Shown here: positions 52,005 to 61,872 of the stretch, in pieces
Layout of the letters: each line of letters starts with the position of its first letter
Numbering within the stretch: position 1 is the stretch's first letter
Assembly: GCA_031441465.1 (NCBI GenBank)
Contig: JANOEP010000011.1
Location: forward strand, 32,001-96,000
Direction: 5' to 3'
DNA: 64,000 bases
DNA from: a bacterium
GTDB lineage: Bacteria > Krumholzibacteriota > Krumholzibacteriia > LZORAL124-64-63
Made by a program: the position numbers and the translations under genes
Notes under the pieces: generated by a model
The model's input: only the letters and a program-made list of their open reading frames with translations
What the model was told of the DNA's origin: nothing
Database searches by the model: none

Positions 52005-52035
52005 GAAGCCCCCGTCCGGACAGGACGGGGGCTTC
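52005..52035. terminator. Hairpin between convergent genes
   Basis: 13-bp stem GAAGCCCCCGTCC/GGACGGGGGCTTC. Confidence 0.6.
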
Positions 52036-52057
52036 TGCGTCCACCGGCGGCCGTGGG

Positions 52058-52558
52058 CTAGAGCAGGGCCTTCAGGACAGCCTCGTAGTCCGGCTCCGCC
52101 GTGGTCTCGGGGCAGAGCTGGCTGTGGGTGATCTTGCCGGCGGCGTCGATCACCAGGACCGAACGGGCCAGCAGTCCGGCCAGGGGGCCGTCGGCGATGC
52201 GCACGCCGTAGGCGCGGCCGAACCCGCCGTTGCGGAAGTCGGACACCGAGACGACGGCGTCGAGACCCTCGGCGCCGCAGAATCGCTTGTGGGCGAACGG
52301 CAGGTCCATCGAGGCGCACAGCACGACGGTGTCGGCGAGCTTGCCGGCCTCGACGTTGAAGCGGCGGACGCTCGCGGCGCACACGTCGGTGTCGATGCTC
52401 GGGAAGACGTTCAGGACGATGCGCTTGCCGCGCAGGTCGTCCAGGGTGACCTCCGAGAGATCGGTCTTGGTGAGCGTGAAGGACGGGGCGGTCGTCCCGA
52501 CGGCCGGCAGCGCGCCGACGGTGTGGAAGGGGTTGCCCTTCAGCTTGAACTCGGCCAT
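52058..52558 (-). CDS. tpx: Thiol peroxidase
   Basis: FPSIDTDVC, DLPFAHKRFC, EPDYE. Confidence 0.93.
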   Translation of the reverse strand: MAEFKLKGNPFHTVGALPAVGTTAPSFTLTKTDLSEVTLDDLRGKRIVLNVFPSIDTDVCAASVRRFNVEAGKLADTVVLCASMDLPFAHKRFCGAEGLDAVVSVSDFRNGGFGRAYGVRIADGPLAGLLARSVLVIDAAGKITHSQLCPETTAEPDYEAVLKALL

Positions 52559-52657
52559 GGCGGTCTCCTTCAAGTGGATGTTCGCGTTCATTCCGCCCCC
52601 AATCTAGTGCCGGGGGCGCGGTTCGCCACCCCGCGACGCCGGGGACGCCGAAACGGC

Positions 52658-52685
52658 GGGGGCGGATCCCGCGGGATCCGCCCCC
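52658..52685 (-). terminator. GC-rich palindrome after the transketolase gene
   Basis: 28-bp perfect palindrome GGGGGCGGATCCCGCGGGATCCGCCCCC. Confidence 0.5.
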
Positions 52686-52706
52686 CGTCCGTCGCCGGCG
52701 GTCCGG

Positions 52707-55055
52707 TCAGGAACCGGCGGCCGCGCCGAGCATGCGCTGCAGCTCCGCCATGCGCGCCTCGTGGTCCCGCGCGAAGCGGATCACGCCCGCGGCCAGGCTC
52801 GCGGTGTCGATCCTCGCGTCCTCGCAGACGTCGTCCAGGGCGCCGCCCACGCGCCATTCGTCGTCCCAGTCGCTGCACATCGCGTAGCGGCGGGCCAGCG
52901 GGTTGAAGTCCCAGTCGTGCATGAGGCGCCGGGCCCGGTTGGTCACGAAGGTGCTGTTCATCCGGTCGGCCCCGGTGATGGTCCGCTCGCGGTAGGCCTC
53001 GTCCTGCAAGGCGAACAGTTGCGGGCACGGGACGGCCACCAGCTTGATGTTCACGCCGGCCTTGTCGATCTCGGGCAGGGCGCGGATGAGGTTGTAGGTC
53101 GACATCGTGCCCTGCACGAAGAAGCAGCCCTGCCGGGGCCGGCCCTCCCGGTAATCGCGCAGGATGTAGGCGCCGCGCGCCGCTTCGAGGTGCGAGGCGA
53201 GACCCAGCGCCCGGCGGTCCACCGTCTCGATGGAGGGGCGGGTGAGGTGCAGCGCGACGATGGGCGCGTCGGTGAGCAAGGCCGCCGCCAGCAGCACCGG
53301 CACCTCGTTGAACTCGTAGGGGTGCAGGTCCATGACCTTGCCGTCGGGGAAGAGTTGCGTCACGCCGGGCGAGTAGACGCCGAAATGGGTCCGCGAATCC
53401 TCGGCCGTCTCGGGCCCGCTGTGGCCGGCGATCCAGATCGTCTTGCCGATCTTCAGCTCGCAGTCCGCCGCCAGCTGGCTGTACAGGCGCATGGGGCCGT
53501 ACTTCAGGTAGCTGAACGCGCCGTAGGTGGAGCAGGCGGTGTAGAAACCGTTGAACTCCTGTTCGGGCCGGTCGCTGAAGTTGACGCTGGCCGCGCCGAC
53601 GCACAGGCTCGCGTTCTGGAACTCGGTGATCTCCTGGGGCAGGACCACGCCCTCGGGCGCCGAGTCCCGCTCGTACCAGCCGTAGTTCGGTTTGTCCTCG
53701 TAGCTCTCGCCGAAGCCCGCGATGTTGGTCGAGCCGGCGAGGTCCGCCGAGCAGACCAGGAACAGGGGCCGGCCGTACTTCTCGCGGCAGGTGGCGTTGA
53801 TCCAGCTGCCCCAGCGCGACAGCGCGGCGCGGTTGGGCTGGTTCTCGCCGGGCTTGGCCCACATCCCCGCCGGGTACTGGGCGACGTCGAACAGGGCCGG
53901 GTCCCGCAGCGGGTTCTGCGTTATGGGGATCCGGAAGCCCTTCAGCTCGGCGGGCACGCTGTCGCCCAGCTCGACCAGACGGTCGGCGAGCCAGGCCACG
54001 GTGGCGTCGTTCTGGCGCAAGGCGTCGAGGGCGACGTTCAGGTTCGCCGCGAACTGCTCGCGCAGGGCGGTCTTGTCCTTGGGCGCCGGCTGGTCCTGGC
54101 CGGCCCAGGTCACGCCGTACTTCTGGGCGAAATCCGCGCGGCACTGCCAGAACAGATCGCTGTTGAGGGCGTGGGGCGAGCCGTGGCTCTTGTTGTCGAA
54201 CTTGTGATAGCCGCGCCCCTTGCGGGTCCGGCCCCACGTCATGCCCGGCCGCTGCCGCGGGTTGTCGCCTTCGACCATCTCCAGGATGGCGCGCGTGACG
54301 TCGGTCCAGTCGCTGCCGTCGGGCGCCTCGTGGGTGTGCCAGCCGTAGGGGGCGAACCAGTCCTGCGGCGAACCGTGGACCACCGAGGAGATCTTCTGGT
54401 CGTCGATGCCGTAGTCGTTCCAGTCCACCAGCACGAACATGTTGTCCAGGCCCAGGCCGTAGCCGGTGTTCTTCATCTCGTGCCAGCAACCGGCGGTCAG
54501 GCCGCCCTCGCCCTCGATGCCGAAGACCTTGACCCCGTCGGCACCGGCGCGCTTGAGCGCCAGGGCCTCGCCGCACATCACCGGGCCGCCGTGGCCGCTC
54601 GGTCCCGTGTTGAACTTCACGAACAGGTTGTTGCCGGCCATCTCGACGTGTCCCGGCAGCCCGCCGTGATTGCGGAACTCCAGGAGGTTCTCCCAGGTCA
54701 GCTGGCGCTCCGGCGCGCCCGGCACCAGGTACTTCGGGTCGCCGGTGCGGCGGTGCATCTCGCGCAGGGCTTCGTTCAAGACGGCCATGGTGCCGTAGAC
54801 CAGCGGCGCGGTGTGGCCGGCCACCAGGATGAACCGGTCGCCGAAGCGCTTGCCGGGGTTGCGGATGTCCCAGCGCATGGCGCCGCCGAGCAGCAGGCTG
54901 ACGAACATGTGGACCTTCGAGCGGCTGCCACCGGGGTGCCCGCTCTGGCGGTAGTTCAGCATGAGGTCGATCTGCTGATCGATGACGTCCTTGATCAGTT
55001 CCCAGTGCCGGAAATTCGGCTGCTGGGCCTGGAAGAGATGGTCGACCTTGGACAC
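52707..55055 (-). CDS. Transketolase family protein (divergent)
   Basis: SGHPGGS, DRFILVAGH, LPGH, TGPSGHG, ADLAGS; GTG start after GAGGAG. Confidence 0.85.
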   Translation of the reverse strand: MSKVDHLFQAQQPNFRHWELIKDVIDQQIDLMLNYRQSGHPGGSRSKVHMFVSLLLGGAMRWDIRNPGKRFGDRFILVAGHTAPLVYGTMAVLNEALREMHRRTGDPKYLVPGAPERQLTWENLLEFRNHGGLPGHVEMAGNNLFVKFNTGPSGHGGPVMCGEALALKRAGADGVKVFGIEGEGGLTAGCWHEMKNTGYGLGLDNMFVLVDWNDYGIDDQKISSVVHGSPQDWFAPYGWHTHEAPDGSDWTDVTRAILEMVEGDNPRQRPGMTWGRTRKGRGYHKFDNKSHGSPHALNSDLFWQCRADFAQKYGVTWAGQDQPAPKDKTALREQFAANLNVALDALRQNDATVAWLADRLVELGDSVPAELKGFRIPITQNPLRDPALFDVAQYPAGMWAKPGENQPNRAALSRWGSWINATCREKYGRPLFLVCSADLAGSTNIAGFGESYEDKPNYGWYERDSAPEGVVLPQEITEFQNASLCVGAASVNFSDRPEQEFNGFYTACSTYGAFSYLKYGPMRLYSQLAADCELKIGKTIWIAGHSGPETAEDSRTHFGVYSPGVTQLFPDGKVMDLHPYEFNEVPVLLAAALLTDAPIVALHLTRPSIETVDRRALGLASHLEAARGAYILRDYREGRPRQGCFFVQGTMSTYNLIRALPEIDKAGVNIKLVAVPCPQLFALQDEAYRERTITGADRMNSTFVTNRARRLMHDWDFNPLARRYAMCSDWDDEWRVGGALDDVCEDARIDTASLAAGVIRFARDHEARMAELQRMLGAAAGS

Positions 55056-55173
55056 GCTGGTCTCCTCTCGGGACTGGTCCGGCGGGGTGCGCGGGTCGCC
55101 GCAGGGTAGGGGCGGTGTCGGAAATTTGCCAGTCGCCCGCGACCTCTGCAAGGGAATTCGGCCGCAGCCGGGT

Positions 55174-55758
55174 TCAGGCGCAGGGGTGACCCAGGTGGTA
55201 GGTCTGCAGGATGGCGGCCGCCGCCCGCGCGTCGTCGACGGCCCGGTGCAGCTCGAAACCCCCGCAGATGCCCATCTTCTCGAGGATCGATTCGAGGTTC
55301 TGGCCGCTGGTGCGGTGGTGGTTCGCGGCCAGCCAGGCGGTCGCCACGGCCCGGATGTCGAAGGCGCCGCCGGCGATGTGCGTGCGGTAATCCAGGCCGC
55401 AGGCCTCGCACTCCCGCCGCAGCAGCGGGATGTCGTAGTAGACGCCGAAGGCGGCGATCATCGAGCGGTTGCGCGGTCCGTACCAGTCCAGGAAACGCCG
55501 GCCGACGACCGCGAAATCCGGGCGGTCGGCGACCATTTCCGGCGTGATCGAGGTCAGGCGCGTGATGAAGGGGGTGACCGGGTATTCCCGGGGCCGGACC
55601 AGCTCGCTGAAGACGTCGACGGTCTCGAGACTGCGGCGGTCCAGGCGGACGGCGCCGATCTCGATGATGTTGCTGCGCTCGACGGTGTTGTCGCCCTCGT
55701 CGGATTCGGGACAGGTGGCCTCGAGGTCGATCACGACGATGTCGGCGGAGTAGCGCAA
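55174..55758 (-). CDS. DEDDh 3'-5' exonuclease
   Basis: IDLEATC, IIEIGAV, LTSIT, HRAVDDA; TTG start after GGAGG. Confidence 0.88.
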   Translation of the reverse strand: MRYSADIVVIDLEATCPESDEGDNTVERSNIIEIGAVRLDRRSLETVDVFSELVRPREYPVTPFITRLTSITPEMVADRPDFAVVGRRFLDWYGPRNRSMIAAFGVYYDIPLLRRECEACGLDYRTHIAGGAFDIRAVATAWLAANHHRTSGQNLESILEKMGICGGFELHRAVDDARAAAAILQTYHLGHPCA

Positions 55759-55866
55759 GATTCCCTCCGGGATGCGGGCACGCGGCGGCCGCCACCGTAG
55801 CACGGCCGCGCCCGTCGCGCCAAGTCCGCGATTGACGGCGGATGGCGAGCGATTACTGTAGACCGC

Positions 55867-57768
55867 ATGCAGACCTACCTGCGCGTCTTGCGACTCGTGC
55901 GCCCGTACCTGCCTCAGGTGCTGGTGTCGATGACCTTCATGGCCGTCTTCTCGTTGCTGAGCGGCCTGAGCATCGTCATGCTCGCCCCCTTCCTCGACGC
56001 CCTGTTCGCCCCCGAGAACGCCACCTTCGTCGCCGCGCCGCCCCCCGTGGCGACGACCGCGCCGGCCGACACCCTCGCCGCCGCCGTCGCCGACCTCGGC
56101 GGGCGGGTGCAGCAGTTGCAGGACTCCTTCTCCATGAGCGGCCTGCGCGACCGGTTGCAGGGCGCGCTGAACGGCTGGCTGCTGCGCGGCTCGAAGGCAG
56201 AGTCCCTGTGGCGCATCGTGGTGGTGTTCTTCTGCCTGATGCTGCTGAAGAACGTCGCCGGCTACCTGCAGGCCGTGTTCACCGACTACGTCCAGCTCAG
56301 CCTGATCCGGGACCTGCGCAACCGCCTCTACGAGCGCTTCACCGAGCTGCCGCTGGCGTTCTACCACCGGCACCGCGCCGGCGAGCTGATCAGCCGCGCC
56401 ACCAACGACGTCCTGGTCGTCAACCGCAGCGTCAACGTCAGCTTCACCAACACGGCGCGCGATCCGCTGCTGGTCGTGATGTACCTGGGATTGGCCGTGC
56501 TGCTGAGCTGGAAGCTGACCCTGGTGGCGCTGGTCCTGCTGCCGCTGAGCCTGGTGATCATCGTGCGCATCGGCAAGACCCTGCGGCGGTACAGCCGGCG
56601 CCAGCAGGAGAAGATGGCCGTGCTGACCTCGCGCCTGCAGGAGACCATCGCGGGCATCCGGGTCGTCAAGGCCTTCACCAACGAGCCGGCCGAGAACGCC
56701 CGCTTCCGCGCCGAGTCGCAGATGCTGTTCCGCGACCTGTTCAAGATCGCCCGCGCGCAGCAGATCTCGTCGCCCCTGACCGAGCAGCTCTCGGTGCTGG
56801 TCGGCCTGTTCATCCTCTGGTACGGCGGCCGGCAGGTCCTGGCCGGCGGCGAGCTGCCGCCCCAGCTGTTCATGCTGTTCCTGTTCTGCATCTTCTCCCT
56901 GGGCAAGCCCATCAAGGCGCTCAGCCAGGTCAACAACGCCGTCCAGGAGGGTATCGCCGCCGCCGAGCGCGTGTTCGCGATCCTGGACGAACCCCAGACG
57001 GTGGTCGAGAAGCCGGACGCGCTCGTGCTGGACGCGGTGCGCGGCGAGGTGGAGCTGCGCGGGGTGCGCTTCAGCTACGACACCGGCGAGGAGGTCCTGC
57101 GCGGCGTGGACCTGCACGTGCGGCCGGGGGAGGTGGTGGCCCTGGTCGGCCCCAGCGGGGCGGGCAAGTCGACGCTGATCGACCTGATCCCGCGGTTCTA
57201 CGAGGCCACGGCGGGCGCCGTGCTGGTCGACGGCCACGACGTGCGCGACGTGACCCTGGCCTCGCTGCGCGGCGCCATGGGTCTGGTGACGCAGGAAGTC
57301 ATCCTGTTCAACGACTCCGTGCGCAACAACATCGCCTACGGCATGGCCTCGGCGCGGCAGGAGGAGATCGAGGCGGCGGCGAGCGCGGCCAACGCCCTGG
57401 ACTTCATCCAGCAGCTGCCCCGGGGTTTCGACACGGTCATCGGCGACCGGGGCCTCAAGCTCTCCGGCGGGCAGCGGCAACGGCTCTCGATCGCCCGGGC
57501 CATCCTGAAGAACCCGCCGATCCTGATTCTCGACGAGGCGACCAGCGCGCTGGACACCGAGAGCGAGCTGCTGGTCCAGCAGGCCATCGACCGTCTGGTG
57601 CGCAACCGCACGACCATCGTCATCGCCCACCGGCTCAGCACCATCCAGAACGCCGATCGCATCTGCGTGCTCCAGGCGGGCCGCATCGTCCAGATGGGCT
57701 CCCACGTAGAGCTCCTGGCCCGCGGCGGCCCCTACCGCCAACTGCACGACCTCCAGTTCCGGGCCTGA
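55867..57768 (+). CDS. ABC exporter, fused TMD-NBD (MsbA-like)
   Basis: TM domain plus GPSGAGKST, LSGGQRQR, DEATSALD. Confidence 0.92.
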   Translation: MQTYLRVLRLVRPYLPQVLVSMTFMAVFSLLSGLSIVMLAPFLDALFAPENATFVAAPPPVATTAPADTLAAAVADLGGRVQQLQDSFSMSGLRDRLQGALNGWLLRGSKAESLWRIVVVFFCLMLLKNVAGYLQAVFTDYVQLSLIRDLRNRLYERFTELPLAFYHRHRAGELISRATNDVLVVNRSVNVSFTNTARDPLLVVMYLGLAVLLSWKLTLVALVLLPLSLVIIVRIGKTLRRYSRRQQEKMAVLTSRLQETIAGIRVVKAFTNEPAENARFRAESQMLFRDLFKIARAQQISSPLTEQLSVLVGLFILWYGGRQVLAGGELPPQLFMLFLFCIFSLGKPIKALSQVNNAVQEGIAAAERVFAILDEPQTVVEKPDALVLDAVRGEVELRGVRFSYDTGEEVLRGVDLHVRPGEVVALVGPSGAGKSTLIDLIPRFYEATAGAVLVDGHDVRDVTLASLRGAMGLVTQEVILFNDSVRNNIAYGMASARQEEIEAAASAANALDFIQQLPRGFDTVIGDRGLKLSGGQRQRLSIARAILKNPPILILDEATSALDTESELLVQQAIDRLVRNRTTIVIAHRLSTIQNADRICVLQAGRIVQMGSHVELLARGGPYRQLHDLQFRA

Positions 57769-57850
57769 GTTTCCGGATTCCCGTGCAACTCCGGGCCGCG
57801 CGGCTGCGTAGCTACGCCACCGATCCAACGCCGCACCCGGAGGTTGAGCC

Positions 57851-58417
57851 ATGACCAGGACCCTACGACCCACCCTGTTCCTGATCGCCCTGCTGCTCGC
57901 CGCCCTCGCCGCGCTGCCCGCGGCGGCCCGCGACCGCGAGCGCGTCGTCACCGTCATCGACGAGGACGGCGAGACCTTCGTCTGCCGCTTCGAGGATGGC
58001 CAGGGCCTGCGCATCTTCGACAAGTCCTCGGGCGAGGAGGTCTTCGCCTTCGACGTCGCCGAGTTCGAGGCGACGCTCGGCGACGCGATGAAGGAGGTGC
58101 AGGCGGTGATGGCCGACCTGGACCTGGACATCCGGGCCACGTCCGGCGGCGACCACGTGGTCTTCGCCTGCGACGGCGAGACGGTCGAACTGGACCTCGA
58201 GGCCGCCATGGAGGGGGTCTTCACGACCCTGGCCGCGCTCGACGACATCGACATCGACGTCGGCGAGATCGTCCGCGAGGCCGGGGAAGAGCACGCTCAC
58301 CGTCACGACGGCGCGGGCGGCGAGATGGGTTCCCTGCAGGAGGAGCTCGACCAGCTGCGCCGCGAGATCCGGGAGTTGAAGCAGGAGATGCAGCAGGAGC
58401 GGGACAGGTCCCGCTAG
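57851..58417 (+). CDS. Hypothetical secreted protein with C-terminal coiled coil
   Basis: Signal peptide; acidic body; GGAGG RBS. Confidence 0.7.
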   Translation: MTRTLRPTLFLIALLLAALAALPAAARDRERVVTVIDEDGETFVCRFEDGQGLRIFDKSSGEEVFAFDVAEFEATLGDAMKEVQAVMADLDLDIRATSGGDHVVFACDGETVELDLEAAMEGVFTTLAALDDIDIDVGEIVREAGEEHAHRHDGAGGEMGSLQEELDQLRREIRELKQEMQQERDRSR

Positions 58418-59115
58418 ACGGCGCCGTCGCGGTCGTCCAGCGGCAGCGTCAGCCAACCCAGCGGGCCGTCGACCGTCCAGTCGGCGGCCCGCAGTTCTGC
58501 CGTCGTCCCGAAGCCGTAGAGGCAGCCGACCGTCCGCGCCCCGGCCGCCCGCCCGGCGTCGAGATCGCTGGCGCGGTCCCCGACGACCACCGTGCGCGAC
58601 GGGTCGGCGGCCAGGACGCGCACCATGCCGGTCTTGTCGGTGGCCAGGCCCTGTGCCTCGGCTTCCCCGATGCAGAGCGAGCGCGCGAAGAAGCGGTCCA
58701 GGCCGTGAGCGGCGACGATCCCCCGGAAGTAGGGCGCGTCGGCGTTGGAGAACAGCAGCAATTCGTGGCCGCGGTCCCTCAGCCCGCCGAGGGCGGCTTC
58801 GACGCCGTCGTAGAGGGCGGTGCCGCCCGCCCGGATCGCGACGATTTCCTCTTCCGAAGTGAAGCGGGCGTACGCCGCCGCGAACTCGGCGCGCCGCGGG
58901 CCGGGCACCGTCCGCGGCGGGAAGGCCCGGGCAAAGTACTCCCGGCCGGGCAGGCCCATGCAGTCCTCGATCAGGCCGAGGTCCGGTGCGGCCGGCGGCA
59001 GGCCGCAGTGGGCGTAGGCGCGCCCGAGCGCCGCGGCCACGGCGCCGACGACGGCGCGCCGGCTGTCCAGCAGAGTCCCGTCCATGTCGAACAGGAAGGC
59101 GTAGGGGACCGTCAC
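58414..59115 (-). CDS. HAD family hydrolase (phosphoglycolate phosphatase-like)
   Basis: FDMDGTL, VGDRASD, YGFG. Confidence 0.88.
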   Translation of the reverse strand: MTVPYAFLFDMDGTLLDSRRAVVGAVAAALGRAYAHCGLPPAAPDLGLIEDCMGLPGREYFARAFPPRTVPGPRRAEFAAAYARFTSEEEIVAIRAGGTALYDGVEAALGGLRDRGHELLLFSNADAPYFRGIVAAHGLDRFFARSLCIGEAEAQGLATDKTGMVRVLAADPSRTVVVGDRASDLDAGRAAGARTVGCLYGFGTTAELRAADWTVDGPLGWLTLPLDDRDGAV

Positions 59116-59343
59116 TCAGCCACGCTCCCTCAGCAGCCGGGCCACCTCGCCCGGTTCGGCGTGACGTCCGGTCTCCCGCTTGGAATAGACGAGGTCGCCG
59201 TCGGCGACGACCTCGAAGACGCCGCCGCTGGAGGGGATCATCTCGGCCGCGATCCCGAACTCCCGCGCCAGCTCCGCCGCCAGACCGGCGGCGATGGGGT
59301 CGTAGTTTCAGGTCCGGCAGAACTCGATGCTCAGCTTCTTCAC
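59116..59343 (-). CDS. SelW/SelT/Rdx-family selenoprotein (75 aa, CxxU)
   Basis: MKKLSIEFCRT-TGA-NYDPIAAGLAAELAREFG...GGVFEV..DGDLVYSK; GGAGG RBS; SECIS-like hairpin 59275-59293. Confidence 0.9.
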
Positions 59344-59357
59344 GGTTGGCCTCCGGT

Positions 59358-60530
59358 TCAGAACTCGATCAGCAGCTTCGGCCACTGGGCGAGCTTCGCT
59401 GAAAACGCGTCGGGCTTGAAGTCGTCGATGTGCACGAGGGTCTCGTGGCCGCCGGCGAGGATGTCCTCGAGGATGTGCTTCTGGATGCCGTTGCTGCGGT
59501 CCTCGAGCAGGTTGCGCGTGATGTGCCAGGTCTCGAAGATGCGCCGGCCGACGACGCTGCGCAGGGTCAGGCCGTTGACGATCATGCGGTCGAGGTCCTG
59601 GATGTGGAAGTTGCCCTGCTTCAGGCCGAACAGCACGACCTCGCCGCCGCGGCGCGTCGACTGGATCGCGTTGTTGACGCTGCTGTTGAAGCCGGCCATC
59701 TCCAGCGAGACGTCCGCGCCGATGCCGCGCGAGGCTTCGCGCACGGCCCGCACGACGTCCTTGTCGGCGGCCCAGCCGTGGGCGGCCGCCTTCGCCGCGT
59801 CGAACCCGATCACCTCGTCGGCGCCCAGCGACAGGGCCAGCTCGCGGTTTTTGGCGACCGGCTCGACGCCGATGACGCGCGTGGCGCCCAGGGCCTTGGC
59901 GATCATGATCACGAACAGGCCGATCGTGCCGCAGCCGAACACGGCGACCGTCTTGCCCCGCAGGTCGGCCGCGGTGCAGGCGTGCACGGCGTTGCCGAAG
60001 GGCTCCTGCACGGCGGCCACCTTCAGCTTGATCTTGCGGCGGTCGGTGGGCCACAGCACGCCGGCGGGCAGCTTGATGTACTCGGCGAAGCAGCCGTCGC
60101 GGCTGATGCCGATGATCTGGTCGCGGGCGCAGATGTGGGTCTGGCCGATCTGGCACTGGTAGCACGTGCCGCAGATGATGTGCGACTCGGTCGAGACGAG
60201 GTCCTTGGGGCGGTAGCCGTGGCGCGCCTGCACGCGCGAGCCCGTCTCGACGATCTCGCCGATCATCTCGTGGCCGATGATGCGGGTGGTCGCGTTTTCG
60301 CGCTTGAGGCTCTCGAAGATGTGGCCCTTGAAGGCCGTGCGGTGCCAGATCCCGCGGTCGCTGCCGCAGAAGCCGGCGTAGATGACCTTGACGATCACGC
60401 GGTCGCCGTCGGACGGGTCGTGCGACTCGTCCAGCTCGGGGCGGGGCATTTCCTGCTTGATGAAGCCGCGGGTGGTGTCCCACGGCATGGTGGCCTTGTC
60501 GTAGACCAGGGCCTTCATCGTCTTCGGCAT
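59358..60530 (-). CDS. Zinc-binding dehydrogenase, L-threonine 3-dehydrogenase-like
   Basis: GFCGSD, GHE, ESHIICGTCYQC..C, QEPFGNAVH, GCGTIG. Confidence 0.85.
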   Translation of the reverse strand: MPKTMKALVYDKATMPWDTTRGFIKQEMPRPELDESHDPSDGDRVIVKVIYAGFCGSDRGIWHRTAFKGHIFESLKRENATTRIIGHEMIGEIVETGSRVQARHGYRPKDLVSTESHIICGTCYQCQIGQTHICARDQIIGISRDGCFAEYIKLPAGVLWPTDRRKIKLKVAAVQEPFGNAVHACTAADLRGKTVAVFGCGTIGLFVIMIAKALGATRVIGVEPVAKNRELALSLGADEVIGFDAAKAAAHGWAADKDVVRAVREASRGIGADVSLEMAGFNSSVNNAIQSTRRGGEVVLFGLKQGNFHIQDLDRMIVNGLTLRSVVGRRIFETWHITRNLLEDRSNGIQKHILEDILAGGHETLVHIDDFKPDAFSAKLAQWPKLLIEF

Positions 60531-60638
60531 GGGGGGGAACCTCCTTGGCGCCCGGAAAGGCGGCGGCCGTCGCGACCGGCGCCGCCCGGACTCCAAGGTA
60601 CGCTCCCTTCGCCGCGCGATCAACCGCCGCGGCGGCTT

Positions 60639-61838
60639 TCAGTTGACGGTCTCGTAATAGTCGTCCCCGTAGCCCCAGCCGCCCTCCTCGTGGCGGCCGC
60701 GGGCGCCGTGCTCCTCCTCCTCGAGCAGGTCGTCGAGGGAGACCAGGTCCGTGGATGCCTCGAGGACCTCGTCCTCGCGATCCAGCAACCCGGCGAAGCC
60801 CCCGGCGAGGTCGTCGCGGCGCAGATCCTCCAGCAGGCGGGCCGGGGAGCGGGGGCGCTCGTCGCTGCCGGCGGCCGACGCCAGGGCGGACAGGCGGGGC
60901 GCCTCGGCCGCGTGGGGCGTGGCGAGCGCGTGCGGGTCCGGGATCGCGGCGACGACGCGGGCGGCGGGTCGCGGGGACGGGGCGGCCGCGTCCCGGCCGC
61001 GGCGTAGGCGGCGCACCAGGATCTCGTCCATGAGGTCGAAGTAGGCGCGACTGCCGCTGGACCGGCGGTCGAAGATCACCGTCGGCCGCCCGTCGACGGC
61101 CATCTCGGAGAGGCGCGTGTTGCGCGGGACGGTGGTCTCCAGGAGGCGGTCGCCGTACTCCTCGCCCAGCATCGCGGCCACGCGCCGGCTCATCCGCGTG
61201 CGGTGGTCGGTCATGGTCAGGAACAGGCCCTCGAGGCCGGCTGCGTCGGGCGACGCCGCGCTGAACTCCCGGACGTGGTCGAGCAGGCGCGCCAGGGAGT
61301 CGCGGCTCAGCTCCTCGGCCTGGACCGGGACCAGGAAGCCGTCGGCCGCCAGCAGCGAGGCGCGCGTCAAGGCCCCGAAGCCGGGCGGGCAGTCGATCAG
61401 GATGGTGTCGTACGACGCGCGCGCGTCGTCCACGGCCGCGACGAACGAGCGGGCCTGGCTGGTCATCAGGTCCTTGTACTGCTCCTCCTCGGACATCGTC
61501 CAGGCATCGGGAGAGACGACCTGCAGCCCGGGCAACACGGTGGCGTGCGCGACGTCGGTCAGCGGCAGCCCCGTCAACAAGACTTCGCGCAGCCCGCCCC
61601 GCAGCTGTTTTGGTCCCAGGCCCAGGCTGCGCGAGAGGCCGCACTGGGGGTCGGTGCCGATCACCAGCACGCGGTGGCCGTTCAGCGCGAAGCAGGCGCC
61701 CAGGTTCACCGTCGAGGTCGTCTTGCCGACGCCCCCCTTCTGGCTGACCAGGGCCAGCACGCGGGAGGCGGAGTCGTCCCAGGGGCGGACGGCTGCGGTC
61801 GCCGACGCTTCGTCGTCGCGGGCGGAGGGGTTCAACAT
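60639..61838 (-). CDS. ParA/Soj-family ATPase with long C-terminal tail
   Basis: QKGGVGKTT, DPQ, IDCPP, PVQAE. Confidence 0.88.
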   Translation of the reverse strand: MLNPSARDDEASATAAVRPWDDSASRVLALVSQKGGVGKTTSTVNLGACFALNGHRVLVIGTDPQCGLSRSLGLGPKQLRGGLREVLLTGLPLTDVAHATVLPGLQVVSPDAWTMSEEEQYKDLMTSQARSFVAAVDDARASYDTILIDCPPGFGALTRASLLAADGFLVPVQAEELSRDSLARLLDHVREFSAASPDAAGLEGLFLTMTDHRTRMSRRVAAMLGEEYGDRLLETTVPRNTRLSEMAVDGRPTVIFDRRSSGSRAYFDLMDEILVRRLRRGRDAAAPSPRPAARVVAAIPDPHALATPHAAEAPRLSALASAAGSDERPRSPARLLEDLRRDDLAGGFAGLLDREDEVLEASTDLVSLDDLLEEEEHGARGRHEEGGWGYGDDYYETVN

Positions 61839-61872
61839 CGTGGTTCCTTCTGGTTGCGAGTCCAAGGATGTT

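Noticed and set aside
55174..58254. 1026-aa minus-strand ORF
   Set aside because: Antisense to the ABC exporter; only 55174-55758 encodes the exonuclease
59308..59310. Nonsense mutation (pseudogene) reading of the in-frame TGA
   Set aside because: TGA falls exactly at the redox position of CxxC/U and is followed by a SECIS-like hairpin, so Sec recoding is the better explanation
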